From: Callorhinchus milii | Lineage: Eukaryota | DNA length: 64,000 bases | Reading direction: 5' to 3' | Assembly (NCBI RefSeq): GCF_018977255.1 | Contig: NW_024704742.1 | Coordinates: 21,826,001 to 21,890,000, forward strand | Part shown: piece after piece, positions 48,493 through 63,404 of the stretch | Position numbering within the stretch: the stretch's first letter is position 1 | How the letters are laid out: the number at the start of each line of letters is the position of its first letter | Notes under the pieces: generated by a model | What the model saw: only the letters and a program-made list of their open reading frames with translations | What the model was told of the DNA's origin: nothing | The model's database searches: none | Made by a program: the position numbers and the translations under genes

Positions 48493-51400
48493 TGTGTGTT
48501 TTCCTCGTTTTCTCTTCCCCCTCTGGCTCTCTTTTTATTCTGTTGTTGCAATGTTGCTTCCAGTTGAACCCCTCCCAGTTCAGTCGGGTTCATGTCTGAC
48601 AGCCGTTGTGTCAAAGCTGTAGTCGGTCACCTGAAGTTCAGGGTTTTTTAGGGCTTGTGCATTTGCACCGACATCTTTGTGTTTTGTTTTTTATACTGAG
48701 GGAGGGAGAGAGAGAGAAAAAGAAAGTCTGTTATTTTACAGTCTTCATGAAACATTGGGGCCTTTCACGTTTGCAAGTTTTTTCCTTCTCTCCAGCAAAA
48801 TGCAAGCCAGTGGTGGATGGCTTATGATTTGACCCTGGGGTGCAGTGTTTAGGCTCTGCTTTCTCTCTCTCTGTCTATCCACCAAAATTACATTGCTCTG
48901 CATGCCCGCTGGAGGAACCTGGCTTGAGGCGATCAAGCTCCCTAATAATATCCAGCATGTGCTTCAGTTGGCAAAACAAACAAAAACAAAAAAATTTCGC
49001 CCTTGTTGGTTCATGTAACTAACTGCATTACTGTGTTTCTCTCAATCGGTGCAATTGTGGGAGAAAAGGGGGCAGTGAGTTGCTGGGTTGCAACCCTGCC
49101 CAGTTGCGTGACATCTGCCAGACCATTTCTATAGCTGCTTTGATTACTCATGGTTTAGTAAAAGGTCAACAGCACATTTCCATCCCAGAAAATAAAGATT
49201 ACCGTCCGTCGACCCCGTCCCCACCCACCACCACAAAAAAAAATTGTGACCATATTCAATAGCAACAAACCCTGCTCCCCCCTTCTGAATTTGATTTGAA
49301 ACTGATGGAAAGTATTTGTTGATCGGGTGTTTGGTTGTAAAAATTGCCAAGGTTTTTATTTGGGGATAACAGCTCTTTTGGCACTCTGTACCTGCGGAAT
49401 TGTGAATTGTCTTTGACATGTTCTCAGTTGCCAGAATTTTATTTTGAAAACGGTGTAAGATCTCTGAGACGCTACCCCGTGCCAAGGATGCTATCTAAAA
49501 ACGCATATCGTTGCCGTTGAAGAGTGCGAATGTTTAAATTCCAGCCCAGCAAAGCTTGTAGGGAGAAGGAACACAGGGAATTAAGTTGGAAGATTCTAGC
49601 TAAGCAATTTTTTTGTGTGATTTTATAATTTGGAAGGAATAAGTAAGTTACAGTTCAGAGGTGAAATGACCAGAAGCATCCTTCATTTTTAAAATCGTAT
49701 TTCGCAGTGATAGCACTGTTGCCTCGGAGTCAGAAGGTTGTGGGTTTATGCCCCAAGCTGGCACTCCAGTGCAGCGTTGGGGTGGGGAGGGTTGCATTGT
49801 CAAAGATCCTGTCCTTCGGGACATGTCTACTCTTCGAAGACCGCATAAAATTGGTTACTGATTGTTTGTGGGAAATTGCTGTGCACAACTGGCTGCCACA
49901 TTACACTCATAATGTCCACAGTCAAACTACGTTACAGTATATCCCGTAAAGTGCTTTGAGACATCTTGAGAATGTGATAATGCACTATATCAAATGCAAG
50001 GATTATTATTATTATAAATAGAAAAAGCTATAAAAAGATTGTGGCGGAAAATAGATTGAGGCCAGAGGTGAGTGAAGGATCACCCGTCAGATGATGAGCC
50101 TGTTTATTGTCTATCCAAGCATGCAGGAGAGGTTATTAGAAGAGCCTCCTTCAAAAGGGGAGAAGCATTCAGAATTTGGGCTTCATACGAAGATGAGAGT
50201 ATTTGAGGGGGTAATTAATGTTGGGCACAAAAGAGGAAAGAGAGAATTTGGTTTAAAGCAGAGCATATTGTGAGATCAAGGATATCAATAGACGAAGAAG
50301 GATTAAGAGTGGAGCTATCTAAGGCTAGATGTGAAATTGGCATGAAAAGAATGTGTCTTTGAGAAATTGAAAGAAACCAGATAATCATTGCTTCGCTGAA
50401 AGACGTGAAGGTGATCACGGTTTAGTTATTCAGCCACTGCAAAGAATGAAGTTTGTGTGAACTGAAGGCGTGCAACCTGAAATAAGGTGAATAATGTTAA
50501 GGGGATAAGGTTATAATTATAAGTGGAGGAGGTCATTGATACAAAGAAGAAACACAGTGGAGGAGAGGATAGAGCCTTGAGGAATCTCTGAATTGATAGA
50601 AAATAGAATGAAAGAATGAGCCACGGATTAACAAATCTTGAGTTTTTTTAAGAAGTTCGATAGCTGTAATTTTGGTCCAAATCAAAAAATGGTAACTTCT
50701 CCAGAAGTGTAAAGTGCCAGATCAGTGACCAGTTATTATTGGAGCTCAAAAAGTAATATTACAAATGGTGATTCCATCTGTATCTAAAAGGCTTCAAACA
50801 AAGGGTTACTTTTGAAGTGCAAGAATTTGTATCTGAAAACGTGGTAACTAATTTGTGCTGCCCAAATCCCACAAGTACTGGTGAGATGATTGACCGAATT
50901 TAATCCCTTTTCATTTGGTGAATTTGGGTCAGGGCAGAATAGTAGCCAAGGAGATTTGCCCCACTCTTTTGAGTAATGCCTTGGATCTTTAACATCCACT
51001 TGAAACAGACATAATCTGTGTGACCTCAGTTTAAAATTGTATCTGAAGAGTGGCACCTCCCAACAATGGAGCACTCCTCAACATTGTGCTTGAGTGTCAT
51101 TTTAGTTACGTGTTCACTATGACCTTAGCTCGTAACTAGAGTGATACTGTTTGAGTCAAACTGCTGCAAATTAAAATGTAGATTACCAGCATGAAGATTG
51201 TTCATTGACTCACACTTGCAGGATAAATTGTGGTTTACCAAGAAACGAAAGACATACTATGGTAATTCAGATTTTACAGCTTGAAGCATTTTCAGAGTTT
51301 GGCGCAGTTATCTGTATTTTTGCAAGTGACAGCTGACTGCAGATTCAGTCCATTGTGTGTAATCACATTTACAAAATGATCTTCATTATTCTTAATATAC

Positions 51401-52545
51401 GATTTGTTACGAGGGTTTCAGGGTGTGACAAGATGATGCTTTTTTTTAATCCTCATTCCCCCTGAAGATACTGACTTTGGGGTGTAGTTCCACAGATGCT
51501 GTCTGTCTTCAATGGCTCACCTGAATGACCATTCTTCGCGTGTGTGAGTGTCAAACGGTCTGTTACTTGATTATTACACATAAAAAAAAATAATTTGGTC
51601 ACTTAATCAACAATTGTTTGTGGGACACTGCTGTGCGCAATTGGCTGCCGCGTTTCGCCCACAAGCGTACAGTCAATTCACTTTACAGTATATTCTGTGA
51701 AGCACTTTGAGACATCTAGAAGACATGAAAAACACTATATCAAATGCAAGGATTATTATTATATTACACACGTGCCCTTTCCATGTGTGGGGGGGTCACT
51801 GTATAGCGATTACAAGTAGGAACCTTGGAGCTTCCCAATTCCAGGGGCACTGATTCCAATTGGACTGAAATCAACAGATGCTGCAAGCTCAGTAAATTGA
51901 ACCCAAGGCCTTCAGTTTCATACATGGAAGAGAAGTGCCTTTACCAGCTGAATTGTTGAGGGTTATCTAAAGGCAGTGATTTTCACCAAGGAGCTTAGAT
52001 GACAATAGATACCCTTGAAATCTGATTTCAGGGTATCTATTGTATCCATTGCTGCTTGTTAGCAAACAGTTAGCATTGATGGGCCATTTGACCACAGTGA
52101 CTGTTGCAACTGAGCCTAATCCTGCTCTCATCTGAGGTCCACTGATCTTTATTTTTCTCCCACTACCCCCCAAATTGGAGATCAATTTCTGAGCTCCTGG
52201 GTTGCTACTCGGACAGCTATCAACTAACACAGTCTTGACCAATGATCAAGTTTGGGATCAACCCAGTTGTACGATTCAGCTTCCATTTCTTTTGGTTAGA
52301 GGAGTTGTTGTGCTTCACGTTATTCTTGGTTCAGTTTACATCTGGATCAGAAAGTTGTGGGTACAAAACCCATATCAAGACTGGAGCTCATAGACAAGAG
52401 GGATGCTCCACTTTAGTACTGTACTGATTGCCATTGAAGCCACAACACTACTTGAAAAGAGAAAGAAATTTCTGCTGGTGCCCTAGCCAATAAAATTCTC
52501 CAGGTAAATTGGACATTCACAACACGGTAGTGAGTGAGACTTTAC

Positions 52546-52856
52546 TGGAGTCCTGTAGCTCAGTGGTTGGAGCACTCGCCTTGCAAGCAAGAGACCAGGG
52601 TTTGATTCCCAGCATAGTGAAACCTTGGGCAAGTTTCCTTACTCCACACGCCTGATAATAATCCCTCAAGAAAAAAAACAATAATAATTTGGTCACTCAA
52701 TCCACGACTGTTTGTGGGTCATTGCTGTGCGCAATTGACTGCCGTGTTTCGCCCACAAATATACAGTCAATTCACTTTACAGTATATTCTGTGAAGCGTC
52801 TTGAGACGTCTAGAAGACATGAAAAGCACTTTATCAAATGCAAGGATTATTATTAT
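52546..52856 (+). mobile_element. Same SINE family, short form
   Basis: Full-length match lacking the internal segment. Confidence 0.88.
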
Positions 52857-55800
52857 TTACTGTGTGCAAAATGACTGGTGCTTTTCCTTTCAGACAGTCA
52901 CTACATTATTACTGCGAAGCGCTTTGAGATGCTTTTTTTTGTGTAGTGTTAAAATTGAATTCCTGTCTTGAGCAGTTCTGCCCGACCTGAAGACTTAACA
53001 TTGGTGATTCAGTTGGCACAAGGCTGTCAAGTGATGATTACCAGGAAATCGGTCTGTGTATATTACAAGTGCTAACCTGAGTTTGTAATTGTCTGATAAG
53101 TTTACAAATATTGTAGTACTTGGCAAAGGCTTGGACTATGATGGAGTGTGGCTTCAGTTACAAGCACTCCAGCTGTTGTGGCTATCCAATCCTAAAATGC
53201 TAACCTGTCATTATCCCCAGCAATGTTATTGTTGGTGTTAACCCTTTCCAATGTGCTTGTGTTGCTACAAGTAAATAAAATGTTTAAATACCCTATAACT
53301 ATCTTATCAAAGTTGTTTCAATCCCTGGTAAGAGGTATTCTTAATATTCTTTAAAATATTTTCTAGATGTTCCAAAGTTGCTTTCTACGCAGCATGTATG
53401 CTTTACGTAGTTTTATTTAACGGATTTAAATTGGTGTGTGGCATTTTTTTTGGATGACTAGCTATTCCAAGAATGTAACCATAACTAACTGGCTCCAAGG
53501 CTTGCAAAGCTATCTTAATTACAGTCCAAAAAGATGCTCCAAACCGCTGCATTTCAGCAGTGATTCCATCTATTTTGGTATTGGATATATGTCCTTCGTT
53601 GACCTATTCATTTGGTAGTTGCCATGGAATTGGAGGGTTATTGATTGTCTAGGTGCAGGTTATTCAAGAGGGTAGATGGAGAGGTGCATACTGATGAGCA
53701 GGAAATACTGTACGACTATTCAGGTCTTTTTAGTTCAATAAGCTGGATGTGGGAATATCCATATCCATTGTATATTGAGGGTTTTGAATAATAATAAGCA
53801 TTATGCTCTCTCCTGTACAGCAATGCACTCCTTTATCGATTTGTTGCGATTGGACACAATTCAGTTCATATTGTGCTATTGCTGGTTCTTGGTTTCTGCA
53901 ACACGGTGTGCCACAACTTGGTTTTAAAAGTCATACATTTGTGTGGTTAATGTAGACAGAAAATTGGTGCAGGAATGAATGATCGGTTACTGAAATGTAT
54001 TTTCACATGTTTCACAATTCTGGTGTGATGTCGTCTTATTAAGTGCGCTTGTGGAACCAGTGACAGAACATCAATTCTGCATCAACCTTTCTTTGTGTAA
54101 TACAGTATTGACAGACTAACCAACCTGGGCAACTTTTGATCTGTTCCCTTAATGTTCGTTAAGAATATGAACTGTTCATTGGGGCAAGTAGACAAGTGGC
54201 TAGAGTAAACATTGTATAGGTATCTTAGTTCAAGAGAGTAGATGGGGGGTGGGGGGGATATGCGTACAAATAAGGAAGACGTATGGGTGCACAATTTTCT
54301 TTTTGGGAAGAGGGAGGTAAACTGATGAGCTCACGCCAATGTCACTCCTGGTGACGGGAGAGTAGAGTAATGGGCATAGTCTAGTAGAAGCCCATCATTT
54401 AGCTTTGGATTACGAATCCTGACTTCTGTCTAGCCAGACTGATTTTCTAGATATATGTAAGCAACATGTATTTCTTCCCTATCTTGCTCTCCCTCTCTCT
54501 TTCACTCCCTCCTTTCTCTTCTTTCCTAGCTAGGAATACTCCAATCACTGGCAAACAGAAACTCAATCCCTCTGAATTGTTGGTAGCTGGAGTAAGAACA
54601 CTGTTTTCTGAACAAGACAGATTACTGTTTCTCTTCACCTTCCCCACACATAGAAGCTAACCTTCTGCCTTTTGAACATCCCAGTGAATAATGCACTTTT
54701 GTCCTTGTCCAGTGCATTCAACATTCTCGCATCACTTTGTGAAAAAATGTTTTCAGTTATCACTTCTAACAAAGATAAATTTCCAGAATAGATCTCCTGT
54801 TTTGGATCTGTGTACCAAAGGGAAGCTTGGACCTCTATTTAGCTGTCAATTCCCTTTATTATTTTCAGATCACTTCTTAACCTCCTGTGCTCCATTGACT
54901 GTACCCCAAGTTTAAATAGTCTTTAAGCTGCAGTTCTCATTCTGACTGATTTCTCTTTCCCTGTTTAGGTTTTGTCGTCTTTCTCACAATTCATCAGAAT
55001 TGTGTTTTTTGACTTCTCCTATTCCCTTCTGAATTTTAAAAATACAACATTTGCTTTATTATATAGTCTTGCCTAAATATCTTCACTGGAGTTATTGTTA
55101 GTTTTGGGACATTTCTCTGGTGATGGGAGTTGGGAGTAAGCCACTGGGTGAAATCAATGGCTCATTGTCACTTTGCTAGTTGAAATGCAATGTTTATTTC
55201 CCCAGTCTTTGTACTGTGGGTGTTAGAATTCCCGTATGTGTGAATTATCATTCGTATTTTGACAGCTACACGCGGAGCTCCGGAATAAGATTCCATGGAT
55301 TGGTCATTGATGAAAATGAGGAAACTATCTCACTGATGGCAACGAATTCCAAGAATTTCTCATGTAATTTATCGTTGAAATTTTGGATTATGGCAATATC
55401 GCCAATAAAATCCGCTCTTTCACTTTTGTTTAATTTTCCTTTAATGATCATCTCCCCTGGACACTCTTCCTTTAATAAGAATATAGGAATTGTGAAAGAA
55501 GTATTGTGTTTTGTATGCTCTATTTCGATTTTTAAAATGCGATTGCTCACTGTCTCTCACGATTCTTTCTGTGCCTCCAGATCTCCACTGCCACCATATA
55601 ACTATCTAATTCCCCCTGGAGATGGTCAAAAATAGGCTCCAAAACCTGCAATATCTAACAGAGTTGTTTAATAAGGACTGGTAGTGCAAATGGGGATTCT
55701 TCCCAGTAATGGGAAGCTATTGTGAAGTGCTTTGAGACATCCTCCTGACGTGAAAGGTGTTAAATCAAATGTAAGTGTTATTATTTATTATTACATTACA

Positions 55801-58399
55801 TTGACCTGCAGCATCTTTGCAGCAATGCAGTCTCTTCCTGGCCAGCGTTGACTGCCTGGGGATTAGTGTGACATGCATCCAGTTGCCAGAAGGAGTCTCC
55901 ATGGGCTACTGGGATTAAGGAATCCCGTTAGAAATGTTACCGTTTTAGGTCCTGATCACCTCCTGCCGGGACAGTCTGTTCTGAATCTTCACCATCCACT
56001 CTGTGAAGCAATTGAATCTAAATTGTTCATTTCATGTTCTTCCCCCTGAGATCAGGTCTGTGCCCCCTTAAAGCATTGGCAAAGTTAGCTAAAGCTGCCT
56101 TGCACAAAGACTTCTCGTATTCGAGGTGCACTCGGTAGTGCGAAGGTTGGGATATTATGAGGCACTCTGGTGTTCCATCTTGCAACACCTCTGAAGACTC
56201 GTGGGAGGCAGAATTTTAATAAGGACGTTGAAATCTAAACTAGGCTATCTGACCTGGGAGTGTATTGTTTTTTTGTCAGTGGAGCTAGTTAGACTACTTG
56301 ATTCACTATTTTTAAACTTCCTGTAACTCGCAGATATCTTTGAGAAAGCTTAGCTTCTAGTATTGGTTACCATGGCGCCACTCACCAATTTTACAGCTCT
56401 CAATGGTATGAACCCTTTTGGAGTATATTAATGGTTGATGGATTGTCTGCTTTTACCTATTGTGATTTATTGTAAATATTCTCTCATGTATAATGCAGAA
56501 CCCTACTTGCATCTTTCTCTCTAAGTTTCTCTTTTTTTATAAACTCTATTTGCACAGATTTACAGTTTGACTTTTAAATGAAGCTCACTCGTATGACAAA
56601 TGGAAGCAAACCCGACAGTTTTCTGCTATAATATTATTTATGGCTTCAGTAATCCAGAAACCAGATTAACACACACCATTTGTAACCTTGCCCTTAATGC
56701 TGAAAAGCCTCCTGTATAGTCACAAAGGGAGCTTTTCCTGCAGTGAGTGATACAATTCCTAAGCAGCTCAAACCTCTATTTTCACAAACTCTCTTCTTGT
56801 GCATTTTCACTTACTTTCTACCATTTCTTTGCAGGCAGTTTGAGGTCTTTCAGGCCCTGCAGTGCTTTCGTTTTGTTTTCTAGTCTGTTTCCTCAAAGTT
56901 GTTGTAAAGGATTCCGAGTAATGTTGCTTCCGATTTTCACACTGAAATGAGATTCATTCATTTTCCAATCAAATAACACTCAAGTCACCTGCTGCAATAT
57001 TGCGGGAAGATAATAATAATCCTTACATTTGATATAGCGCCTTATCACTTCGTTGAGACGTCTCGAAGCGTTTCAGAATATACCGTGAAGTGAATTGACT
57101 GTGTATTTTGTGAGTGGAAGATAAACGTAAAGTACAAGAGTGGCTTTGTGATGCTGAAGTGTAACAAGTGACTGTGAGCAGACTAGATCAGTACAGTAAA
57201 AACTGATCCTGGAGTAAAACAGCCAGGGGCCACAATAAAACGTTGGAATACATTGTGGATTGTTTAAAACATTTTTTAATGTTTTCTTTATTTCCTAACC
57301 AACAGGTAGAACTAACGAAATGGCGTGATTTCTGTCTGCTTCTAGACTGGCCTCCTTGTAATCCAGCACAAGAAGCACCAAGCAGTTTTAGCTGGTATAG
57401 CTCCCACGTGGCACCCCTTAGGTGCATTGCATGTGACTAATAAAACCATATTAAGTTTGATTTTTGTCACTTTTATAATTACTACAAGAGCAAAATGCAT
57501 TGTGTAAAAATTAATTACATTGGGGTTAAGGTATTAACATTACTATTTCATTCCTTCCTTAACCGATGTGGGGATTCTCTGGATTACGCACATGGGATTC
57601 TACGGAGCTATAAATTAGTACAATACTTGGTGTTTGAGGTTATCGGAAACCTGGCGCTTTATCCTCTAATCTGTCCAGATCACTGGGCCCAGTGTTTTCA
57701 GTCTGGTTCAGCTTGTTGCATGCTCATCCCTGGATCAGAAGCTTGTGGGTTCAAGCCTCCTGTTGTGACTTTTTGCTCACAGTCTAGGCTCAGTACAGCA
57801 CTGTGGGAATTGTCAGAGGTGTCATTCTTCGAATAAGACATTAAACCCAGGTTTTGTCTGTTTGTTCAGGTGAATATTGGATTGCATTACAAGAGGGCAA
57901 AATACATAGCATAGTACAGGACCAGGAAGAAAGCAAAGGTCCATGGAACATTTCAAAGAGAAGGAAGTTTCACCTGTCTTTGTTTCATGGCCAACAATCC
58001 TCCAGATTAATTGATAGTTCACTTCATAGCTATTTGTTGGACCTTGCTATGCACAAAATGATTGCTGCAATTTCTTGAAAAAAGTCACTTTGTGTGACTG
58101 TAATTACCTGTGATGAGCTGTGAGATGTTTTGACATAAGACTATAAAAACAGGAGTTCTTTCTTTCTTATACTGGTAGAATGCTATGTAAACCCAGAAGA
58201 GATCCTTTTGAGGTATTCAAGAATCTAAAAGGATATAGAGATAAACTAAACTCTGATAACGTTTAATATGGTGAAAACTTCTAGAAGAAGGGGACCTGGA
58301 CTTCAAGCTCAGAATTTGAATTAATACTTCAGGCTTAATTTTATGAACATGTGCAATAGGTGTCAGTCCTGAATTTCTCTATTTTTAAAACTAAAGTCA

Positions 58400-58738
58400 G
58401 GTGTCAGCCTGGCTCAGTTGGTAGCACTCTCATCTCTTGAGTGAGAATGTTGTGGAGTCAAGCCCCTCATTGGGCATTGAGCTCATAGTCGGGGCTGACA
58501 CGCCAAAGCAGCCCCGAGGAAACAATGTTTGTCGTCAATGCTGTCCTTTGAGTGAAATGTTAAACTGAGGCCCTCTCCCTGTTCATGTTGACATTAACAA
58601 TCCCATGACACAATTTCAAAATGAGAAGGAAGTTTCTTCTGGTGTCCTGGACAACAATTGCCAAATAAAGTTGGTCATTTGTTTAATGAATGTTTGTGGG
58701 ACATTGCTGTGGCAAATTGACTTCCGCATTTTCCTACG
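58400..58738 (+). mobile_element. Older Deu-domain SINE (SacSINE1/AmnSINE1-like); supplies the false 5' part of ORF 58605-59873
   Basis: GTCAGCCTGGCTCAGTTGGTAGCACTCTC head followed by the Deu core. Related copies at ~49705-50015(+), 50780-51150(-), 57735-58150(+), 60140-60450(+), 62280-62670(-) and 63120-63640(+). Confidence 0.7.
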
Positions 58739-58848
58739 GGGGTGGGAGGAGGGAATGTTTTCAATTGTAGCCTCATGTTTTCGAGATGGATACGCGTTGA
58801 ATGTTCTAACGTTTTGTGTTTCTAATTTTTCTTCAATCAAAAAAACAG

Positions 58849-59865
58849 ATGGAAACGGAGAGGAGGAAACAGGAGGGGAACTGGGCGAAGAGGAGGACTG
58901 GTTTGGAAATGCCTCCGAAACACCGTCTGAAGTCTCCTATTTAGATGTTCAGGAGGACCTCAATGCATCTCCTAGTGACAGGCTGCACGAACAAGACACC
59001 TCTCCAGATAGCTCCCTGGGCAGCTCCACTCCTATCGGGAGCACTTTGGAATTATTGGGTGCTGAAAATGACCAGCTTAAAGATGCCTTGGAAAAGGCAG
59101 ACGTGCTGTCACCTGCGGCCTCACCGGCTTTACATGAGATTGGGGCCCATATCTTGCACAAGCCCCTGAGCAGCAATTTGAGGCGACTGCTGGAGGCTGG
59201 GTCAATGGTTGCTGGTGCAAGTCCTGGAGTTACAGAAAAAGAAGACGTTGCAGTTAGTCTCGGTTCAGCGTTGCCTCTGTCGCCATCTTCCCCTCATGCA
59301 CTACAGTTGAATGCTCTTGCAAGGAAGCTAGCTGCTAAGCACGAGCAAAACCATAACACTAGTCCAAGCAACTGCTTTGTCTGGGACCAGGAGACTTGGT
59401 TGCACAGTTCCTCCTCTTGTAGTTTATCACCGGCTTCAGCTGCACAGCAGCTCAAAGCTGCTGCAAACGCAGCACTCCTAGACAAAAATCTTTTGAGGGC
59501 AGAGGAACCAGTGCGATTCAGCCCATACGCGCCATCTTACAGCCCTATTCAGAAGCAATCGGCCAGTTCAGCATTGGCTGCTCTTTCAAAGAAAGTCAGT
59601 GAAAGAAACATGTCTTCAGCTCACGATAATCAGCGTCCAGCTGGTTCTTTCCTTTCCCTGGCCTCGATGACCTCGTCGGCCGCCTTGTTGAAAGAAGTGG
59701 CGGCCAGAGCCGCTGGGAACATGCTGGTAGAGAGGAAAGACCATCTGATCCCGGGAGATGTATTGCGGCCATTGGAAATCAAGCAAGAAAAGCTGGTTCC
59801 GACGAGTGCGCTGGAGATGCTGTTGCCAGGACCCATGCCAAAGTCTCCCAAATCTGTTAATCCAG
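58849..59865 (+). CDS. ZNF827: ZNF827 coding exon 2 (1017 nt); zinc-finger exons lie beyond the window
   Basis: aacag|AT GGA...CCA G|gtcagt, phase 1-1. Contains SETPSE, KPLSSNLRRLLEAGS, LARKLA, LKAAANA, LAALSKKVSER and SFLSLASMTSSAALLKEVAARAAG, as in human ZNF827. Confidence 0.94.
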
Positions 59866-60659
59866 GTCAGTGAAGTCAGTTTATCTAAATATGTATGGTT
59901 TATTTGAGATGAGGGTTTTCTTGCCTTGCATTAAGTTACACAGATCTTTTAGAATTGATGTGCATCTTGTGGTTGCAGTGTCCCTTTTCAATGCGAGGTA
60001 ATCTGGAGGATAGATTAACCCCTTTCTCTTCTTCCCCCACCACCTCACACTCCCCACACACGCAACCCCACACACGCGCAGCCCCACGCGCACACCCGCA
60101 CCCCACGCGCACACGCGCAGCCCTTTCAACTGACATAGTCTAAGCTCACACTACACTACGTTGTCAGAGGTGCCGTCCTTCAAAGGAAATGGTAAATCGA
60201 GGTCCTGTCTGCCTGTTCAGGTGGACATTAATGATCCCATGGCAGAACTCAAAAGGGGAAGGGAGTTTCTCCTGGTTCCAGGCCAATAATTCCCCCAAAT
60301 AAACAAATTGGTCACTCATGGTCCGCAGTTGTACTGCTGCGTTTGCCTGAAAAATACACATTACACATTTGAAATAAATCCTGTGAAGGGCTTTGAGAAA
60401 TTCTCCCAACATGAAAGGCATTATACCAAATGCAAGGATTATTAATAATTAATAATAATTTTCTTCTCTCAAGCTTCACTTTCTAGAAACTTTAACTGAT
60501 CCGGAACTTTGCAGTTTGATTTTTCTCCAGCTTAAGACTCCTAAAGCCATTACCCCCATCTTCATCAAGTTCCATTGACTGCCAGTAACTCAGAAGATCA
60601 ATTTTAAGAACCCATTTGAGATTTCCTGTTATGTAAAAGGAAATAATGAGCAATTTTAC

Positions 60660-61205
60660 ATATATATATATATACGGCTCCTTTTACTTCTTGGGGACTT
60701 CTCAAAGTGCTTCACAGAACCAACAGAGAACCTGATTTGGGAGTGGGGGGAGCTGAGGAAGGTACGGGAGGAAGTAAGGTAACTAAAAGCTTGAAATGAA
60801 AAGAAAGGTTTTATGACTAGCTTTAAAGGTGTTGAAAGCAGCGAGATGGAGGGGTTCCAGCGAGCAAGAGCAGAATAGCTGAAAGCTGACCCACTGGTGT
60901 GGAGGGGGTAGGGGGGGAACTTAAAAGGGTTTGCTGGGCAGGGGAGTGCCAGAGGGGTAAGATTGAGGGAGATTACAGAGGTCGCGTATGGCGAGACCCT
61001 GGAGGGATTTGAATACAAGGATAAAGATTTTGAATTTAATCCACTGGGATACAGCAATCCAGTGGAGCCAGGAGAGAACATGGATATGATAAGCTCATGG
61101 GGCCAAATGAAGGAAAGGACATAGGCTACAGAGTTCGGACTGTCTGCAGTTTGGGCGCGGTGAGCAGAGCATGCAAATCATCAAGCTGGGACATGATGAA
61201 TGCGA
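60660..61205 (-). mobile_element. Old diverged L2 3' fragment in ZNF827 intron 2
   Basis: LHWIKFKIFIL-like and AFSYSALARWN segments, followed by a degenerate tail. Confidence 0.6.
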
Positions 61206-61825
61206 GTTATCATCTTTCTGTAATTTTTTTAGAAAAGGTTCTGTGGATATATTTTATTTTCTGTGTCGGTACTTGTGTGTGTTACCATTTTGGCCTCTTA
61301 GACTTTGTCCCTTGGGTTCAGATTGAGAAGCTACGTTGGTTAAAGCATGGTTTGATGTGAAACACCATTGATTTACTCATTTTCCCCACCTATTTGTCTA
61401 GGTTTCACTATCAGCCTAAGTTCGGTGATTCAGTAATGATGCTCTCACCAGACATATTCAGCATGTTGGTATCTATACGTTGTATGTAACAAAAGCCAAT
61501 ATACATTCATGTTGTCTACTGTACATTTGTGTTCGTATTAAGAGTTGCAACCACTAAAACTTCACACTGCTGTTTGTACATCACTATACAGTATATTCTG
61601 TGAAGCGCTTTGAGATGTCTAGAAGACATGAAAAGCGCTATATCAAATGCAAGGATTATTATTATTACATTGTTTTTCTCCAAACCCACTTTGAAAGCAC
61701 TAGTTTATTATTGTATTATACTATTGGAAGAGTTTCATGGCCGGTGTGAGTATAGCGTGAAAGATTTATGTGCCTACTTTTTGCTTTGTTGATTTCCAAT
61801 TGACCATGCAGAAGAATGCCAGTTG

Positions 61826-62120
61826 CAGCGAGGGTTTTAGAGTACTCATCTCGCAAGCGAGAAGACCTGGGTTTGATTCCCGGGCAGGGCGAAACATTAG
61901 GCAAGTTTCCTTACTCCACATCCTTTAAAAAATTAAAAAATAATAATAATAATTTGGTCACTCAATCCACGCCTGTTTGTGGGACACTGCTGTGCGCAAT
62001 TGGCTGCTACGTTTCCCTCACAAAATATACAGTCAATTCACTTTACAGTATATTCTGTGAAGCGCTTTAACACGTCTCGAAGATGTAAAGTGCTATATCA
62101 AATGCAAGAATTATTATTAT
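61826..62120 (+). mobile_element. Same SINE family, short form
   Basis: Head, core and tail all match. Confidence 0.85.
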
Positions 62121-63404
62121 TTGATTCTTTGTCTATACTTGCATGAATTTGGGGTTTTAAAAATAAGGGAGAATCCTGTGTAAATATAATGTTCCCATCC
62201 TTCCAGAAAACCTCATTAGCTTCAGGCTGACAAGTGACACGGTTAGTTTGGGAGGAAAGATTAAGCCAATCATTGAATCTCATATAATAATAATCCTTAG
62301 ATCTGTGCCTTTCACTTTGGCAGAGTGTATCACAGGTTATAATATAAAGTGCCATGACTATTTTGTGAGTCAATGTGGCAGCCAATTTGCACACAGCAAT
62401 ATCCCACAAACAGGTATGAAGTGAGTAACCAATTTTATTTGGGGCATCGTCGGCTAGTACATTGGGAGAAACTCCCTTCTCTTTTCGAATAGTGCCATTT
62501 AACATCCACTTGAACAGCCAGATGGGATCTCGGTTTAATGTTACATCTGAAGTACGGCACCTCTGACATTGCAGCCCCACCCCCTCCCCACCCGTGCCCC
62601 CAGCATCTTAGACTGTGCGATTCCAAGTTCCAACATGGGGCTTGAACCCACAACCATCTGACTCAGAGGTTAATCCAATCAGGGAGAGGGAATCTCGATT
62701 CAACGCCTCGTCTGAAGGACGGCACTTCCAATGCAACACAACCTTCAGCCCTGCATTGGTGTGTCAGTCTAGACTATGAGTACCAAAGTGTAAAACCCTG
62801 ATTACAAGAGGGGTTTGAACAGAGAAGGCATCAGGAAAATTATTGTGTGCCTGGGTGCTTATCTGAAATGGTAGACAAGTCTCTCATCTGAGTTTGATCC
62901 TGTACTTGCTCAACATCCTTACATGCACGCTGTTGCAAGAGGTAAATTATGCAGAAGACTCTTTAAGACAACCACTCAAATTAAAAATGCAGAAGTAAGT
63001 GGGATGCCATTTTTCTGACAGGTTGTGCGGATTCCCAGTTTTATTGTAACCAATGCCAAGCTGCGACCGATGATTGGCACTGTTGAGAGCTAATTAACTT
63101 AACCCATTTGACACAAGAGGTGTCAGCCTGCCTCAGTTAGTCTCACACTTTTAAGTCAAAAGGTTATGTGTTCAAGCCAATTGCCAGAATCGTTGAGCTC
63201 ACAGGTTTACATTGATGCTGGGGGAGCACAGCATTGTTGGATGAGATGTAAAATGAGGTTCTCTCTGACTGTTTACATGGACATTGAAGATGTTATATGA
63301 GAAGGGAGTGGCACAGCCAAAAATCCTCCAGTTAAATTGTCATTCACTTCATGATTGTTGTGGGGCATTATTGTGTACAAAATGTTTGCCTCATCTGTCT
63401 ACAA

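Noticed and set aside
55180..55635. 151-aa and 94-aa overlapping ORFs in ZNF827 intron 1
   Set aside because: AT-rich, no recognisable domain or supporting splice pattern. Could be a decayed element, but I cannot support a call.
58605..58848. 5' part of the 422-aa ORF as the protein N-terminus
   Set aside because: Intronic and SINE-derived. Homology starts at the 58849 acceptor and the true ATG is at 44621.
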